A stretch of 64,000 nucleotides of DNA, taken from Squalus acanthias (lineage: Eukaryota). Positions 60,506 through 64,000 of this stretch are shown here, one piece after another. The notes beneath the pieces were generated by a model. The model saw nothing but the letters and a program-made list of their open reading frames with translations, was not told the DNA's origin and did not search any database. Location: positions 123,444,001-123,508,000 of the forward strand of contig CM059431.1 of NCBI GenBank assembly GCA_030390025.1, in the 5' to 3' direction. The position numbers and the translations under genes are program-made. Numbering within the stretch: the stretch's first letter is position 1; each line of letters starts with the position of its first letter.

Positions 60506-61696
60506 CAGTAACAATAAAGACTTCAGCATGGCTTACTTACCATTCTTTAATGGAGGCTGTAACTTGTACTCATTCTGTGATGTTGCCAGGCCGTGTAACA
60601 GCAAGTAGTGCTCACCCCTCCTAGCCCCCAGGTACAAGCAGCAGTGCTAATGGGGGCAGAGCACAAATATACTAATGAGCCTAACCCAGAAAGTTTGCAT
60701 GGTGACTAACTCAGGCAGGCAGAAAGATCACTGTGCCAAGCCAGCCATTATGCTGGTGGGGAAAATCTAGGTCAATGTACTCCTAATACTACAAATGCTA
60801 AACTGGAATTTCAGTTTAAAGAAAACTTACTATGCAATTATAACCAGTGCCAGACATACAAGTATTTCCAGAGACAATTTTGTGTTGCATGCCAGCAACC
60901 CTCCATATTGATCCACCAATTTGGAGTATTCCAATAGAGACCCATAAGATTACCATATGTTTAGATTTCCCTGCCAGCTCCCACACAGGTCTGCCTTTCA
61001 TTGTACAGTTGCAGTTGGGATTAAATTACAGCTCAACAGCGTTTTACCGAATTAACAAATAAAGTACCCAATCTGTTGTTCTTCATTATCCACAGCGCCA
61101 ACACTGGACTGGGGAATTCCTCGGCCATAATAGTCTAACACTCTGTCAATCATGTGCTCACAAGATGTTTCCTAATTTTGTCGTTTCTTTGCACGCCTTC
61201 TTCAAAATTGATGAAGTCCAGTTGTAGGATTCGTTCTATTATGCAAATAACTACTGTTTTTGAGATTACTTTTTTTTTCCTACTTGTTAAAACAAAATAT
61301 AAGTAATGGTGATCACTGAAGGAGATGTCAGCCACCTCAGCTAGCCTACCTATTAAACAGGAATTGGCAACAGTAATTTATCTACACCATTTCCTTGCCT
61401 CCCAGACTGATAGCCTGTTAAATGGCCATAACTGTTCTCTTATATATATTGAGAGTAGTCTCTGCTTGCTTGCATGACACTTTTCCTGGTTTATTCTTCC
61501 CATAAGCAAATTTGATGCTACTTGTTAGCAAATTTGACTGGCAATGGGTCATGTTCTCAGCAATAGATAAAGATGCTGAAGCAACGGGCAGTCATATCTG
61601 CCAGATGTATCCTTAGTACAACCAGTTAAGGATAGCTCTTGTTTTGTTCCATGAACAAATAATCATATTGGGGCAATGGCAATTTTACTTATCATA

Positions 61697-61891
61697 GAAA
61701 AGAAAGAAAGACTTGCATTTATATAGCGCCTTTCACAAGATCCCAAAGCGTTTTACAGCCAATGAAACACTTTTGAAGTGTAGTCGCTGTTGTAATGTAG
61801 GAAACAGGGCATCCTTATTTGTGCACAGCAAGCTCCCAAAAACAGCAATGTGATAATGACCAGATAATCTTTTTTTAGTGATGTTGATTGA
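61697..61891 (-). mobile_element. SacSINE1-type SINE 3' part
   Basis: GAAAGACTTGCATTTATATAGCGCCTTTCAC..., homologous to 9868-10060. Confidence 0.8.
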
Positions 61892-61904
61892 GGCATTGAC
61901 TTCA

Positions 61905-62505
61905 ACATTGACTCCAGACCCCATGAAGTCTCATGTCTTCAGATCAAGCATGGGCAAGGAAACCTCCTACTGATTACCACCTACTGCCCTCCCTCAGCTG
62001 ATGAATCAATACTCCTCCATGTTGAACACCACTTGGAAGAAGCAATGAGAGTAGCAAGGGCACAGAATGTACTCTGGGTGGGGGACTTCAATGTCCATCA
62101 TCAAGAGTGGCTTGGTAGCACCACTACTGACTGAGCTGGCTGAGTCTTGAAGGACACAGCTGCCAGTCTGGGCCTGTGGCAAGTAGTGAAAGAACCAAGA
62201 CAAGGGAAATACCTACTTGAACTCGCCCTCACCAATCTACCTGTCGCAGATGCATCTGTCCATGACAGTATTGGTAGCAGTGACCACCGCACAGTCATTG
62301 TGGAGACGAAGTCCCGTCTTCACACTGAGGACACCCTCCATTGTGTTGTGTGGCACTACCACCGTGCAAAATGGGATAGATTCAGAACAGATCTGGCAGC
62401 TCAAAACTGGGCATCCATGAGGTGTTGTGGGCCACCAGCTGCACCAGAATTGTATTCCACCACAATCTGTAACCACATGGCCCGGCATATCCCTCACTCT
62501 ACCAT
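61905..62505 (+). mobile_element. Zenon-like LINE endonuclease fragment
   Basis: YCPPS, WVGDFNVHH, SDHRTV, VWHYHRAKW; reverse-complement homolog of 16200-16605. Confidence 0.8.
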
Positions 62506-64000
62506 TGAAGGGATAATTACAGGTCCTAGCCCTTTCGGACTAGCCCAGATCAGGCGTATTCCCCAGATATTTACCTTCAACTAAAGTTAGCGGTAGCCGG
62601 ATCCTATAAGACGCTTAATTGGGTCTAAAGGTCAGACTGCCTCTGCCTAAAGGAAAGAAACGGTTCTGAAGATGTTACCGTCCTCCTGATAGTACTTTTA
62701 ATAAGTTTAACTAGACTGTAACCTTCCGGATATTATGAGGGTCTGGAATACCCCCCAGAATTCTGCAGAATGAGAGGGGATCTCATTGAAACTTATACAA
62801 TTCTGACAGGACTGGACAGACTAGATGCAGGAAGGATGTTCCCGATGGTCGGGGAGTCCAGAGCCAGGGGTCACAGTCTAAGGGTAAGGGGTAAGCCATT
62901 TAGGACAGAAATGAGGAGGAATTTCTTCACCCAGAGAGTGGTGAACCTGTGGAATTCTCTACCACAGAAGGCAGTAGAGGCCAATTCATTAAATATATTC
63001 AAGAAGGAGTTGGATATATTTCTTAAGGCTAAAGGGATCAAGGGATATGGGAGAAAGCAGGGACAGGGTTCTGAATTTGGATGATCAGCCATGATCGCAT
63101 TGAATGGCGGAGCAGGCTAGAGGGGCCGAATGGCCTACTCCTGCTCCTATCTTCTATGTAACTCCTCACTGAAGAGTGTACAGAAATTTGAGTTTGCGAG
63201 ATGATACAGAAATACTCTGAGAAAATTCTAAAAATATATAGATTTATTAAAGAACCGAAATTTATGGCAATCGAAACTTTAACCGTTCAAAATACAAATA
63301 GCTTACATTTCTTATCAGAGATACTTATTCTCAAATCTTAACTTTGTTACATTTCCACACTTCTACTTATTTCTTAATCCAGAATATCCACCAAAATCAA
63401 ATAGCTTGATTACCCGAGACTCAAAAGTTAAAAACTTACAGATCATGTCTGTGAAGTTGAGAAACGCTTGTCTTCCCAGCGACTTCTGACTTTCCATTTG
63501 AAAAGCTCTTATTTTTATATCTTTTTTGCAGTGGTTTATTCTTTGAAGTTTCTGCTGATGTAAGCTAATTGTCTTTATTGATATCTCTGTTGAATGCTTT
63601 CTGTCTTTACTGTCAATTTAGCCATTGCATGCATAATTATGTCTCTACCTTAGATGTTTCAAAAACCATCATAAACACAATGACAGCAATGGTTTCTGTT
63701 TGATACAATTCTTATTGAAGGTCTCCCATTCAATTCTTAATATTGGCTTAACTGGTTATTACCAGACGTCGTGTCTCCTACATGTTCCAAGTTTAACACA
63801 AACAATGTGATTGCTTGATGCATGCATTGATGCCATTTTCAAAGTCTTTCTGTAGGTATATTTTACAACTTGTAAATACTTCATCTAGGGTGTTCCATAC
63901 ATTTCTTATTTACTTCAATTGGTTTTTATCAGACCTCGGGATTCCATATTTCAAGCTTAACATTAAAGCTATTTGTTCAGCAGGCATTTCTTTTACTTAA
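62506..64000 (-). mobile_element. Probable LTR (3' end at 62506; the other end not located)
   Basis: The LINE breaks abruptly at TGAAGGG (minus-strand ...CCCTTCA). Minus-strand AATAAA at 63243-48 and TATAAAA at 63513-19. Interrupted by a CR1. Confidence 0.4.
62769..63160 (+). mobile_element. Young CR1 3' end
   Basis: MRGDLIETY...RNFFTQRVVNLWNSLP...FKKELD followed by the canonical 3' UTR. Confidence 0.9.

Overview
Repeat-dense vertebrate genomic DNA, almost certainly from a cartilaginous fish: it carries HE1-type V-SINEs, SacSINE1-type Deu-SINEs and shark-type CR1 LINEs. I found no host protein-coding gene. The window is dominated by PIF/Harbinger DNA transposons: about nine relics with convergent transposase and 3-exon Myb/SANT genes, plus many non-autonomous MITEs. 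One young, complete Harbinger (49774-54135, TSD TTG) has an intact 386-aa DDE transposase and sits inside a ~1.66-kb solo LTR just downstream of the LTR's CCAAT/GC/TATA motifs. A full-length Vingi/Ingi-type LINE (11468-14607), nested in two older LINEs, begins exactly with a sequence that folds into an HDV/CPEB3-like self-cleaving ribozyme, and the ORF start codon overlaps its P2 stem. A degenerate minimal hammerhead lies in a Penelope-like repeat at 34839-34875. Family names come from recognising motifs by eye; no database searches were run.
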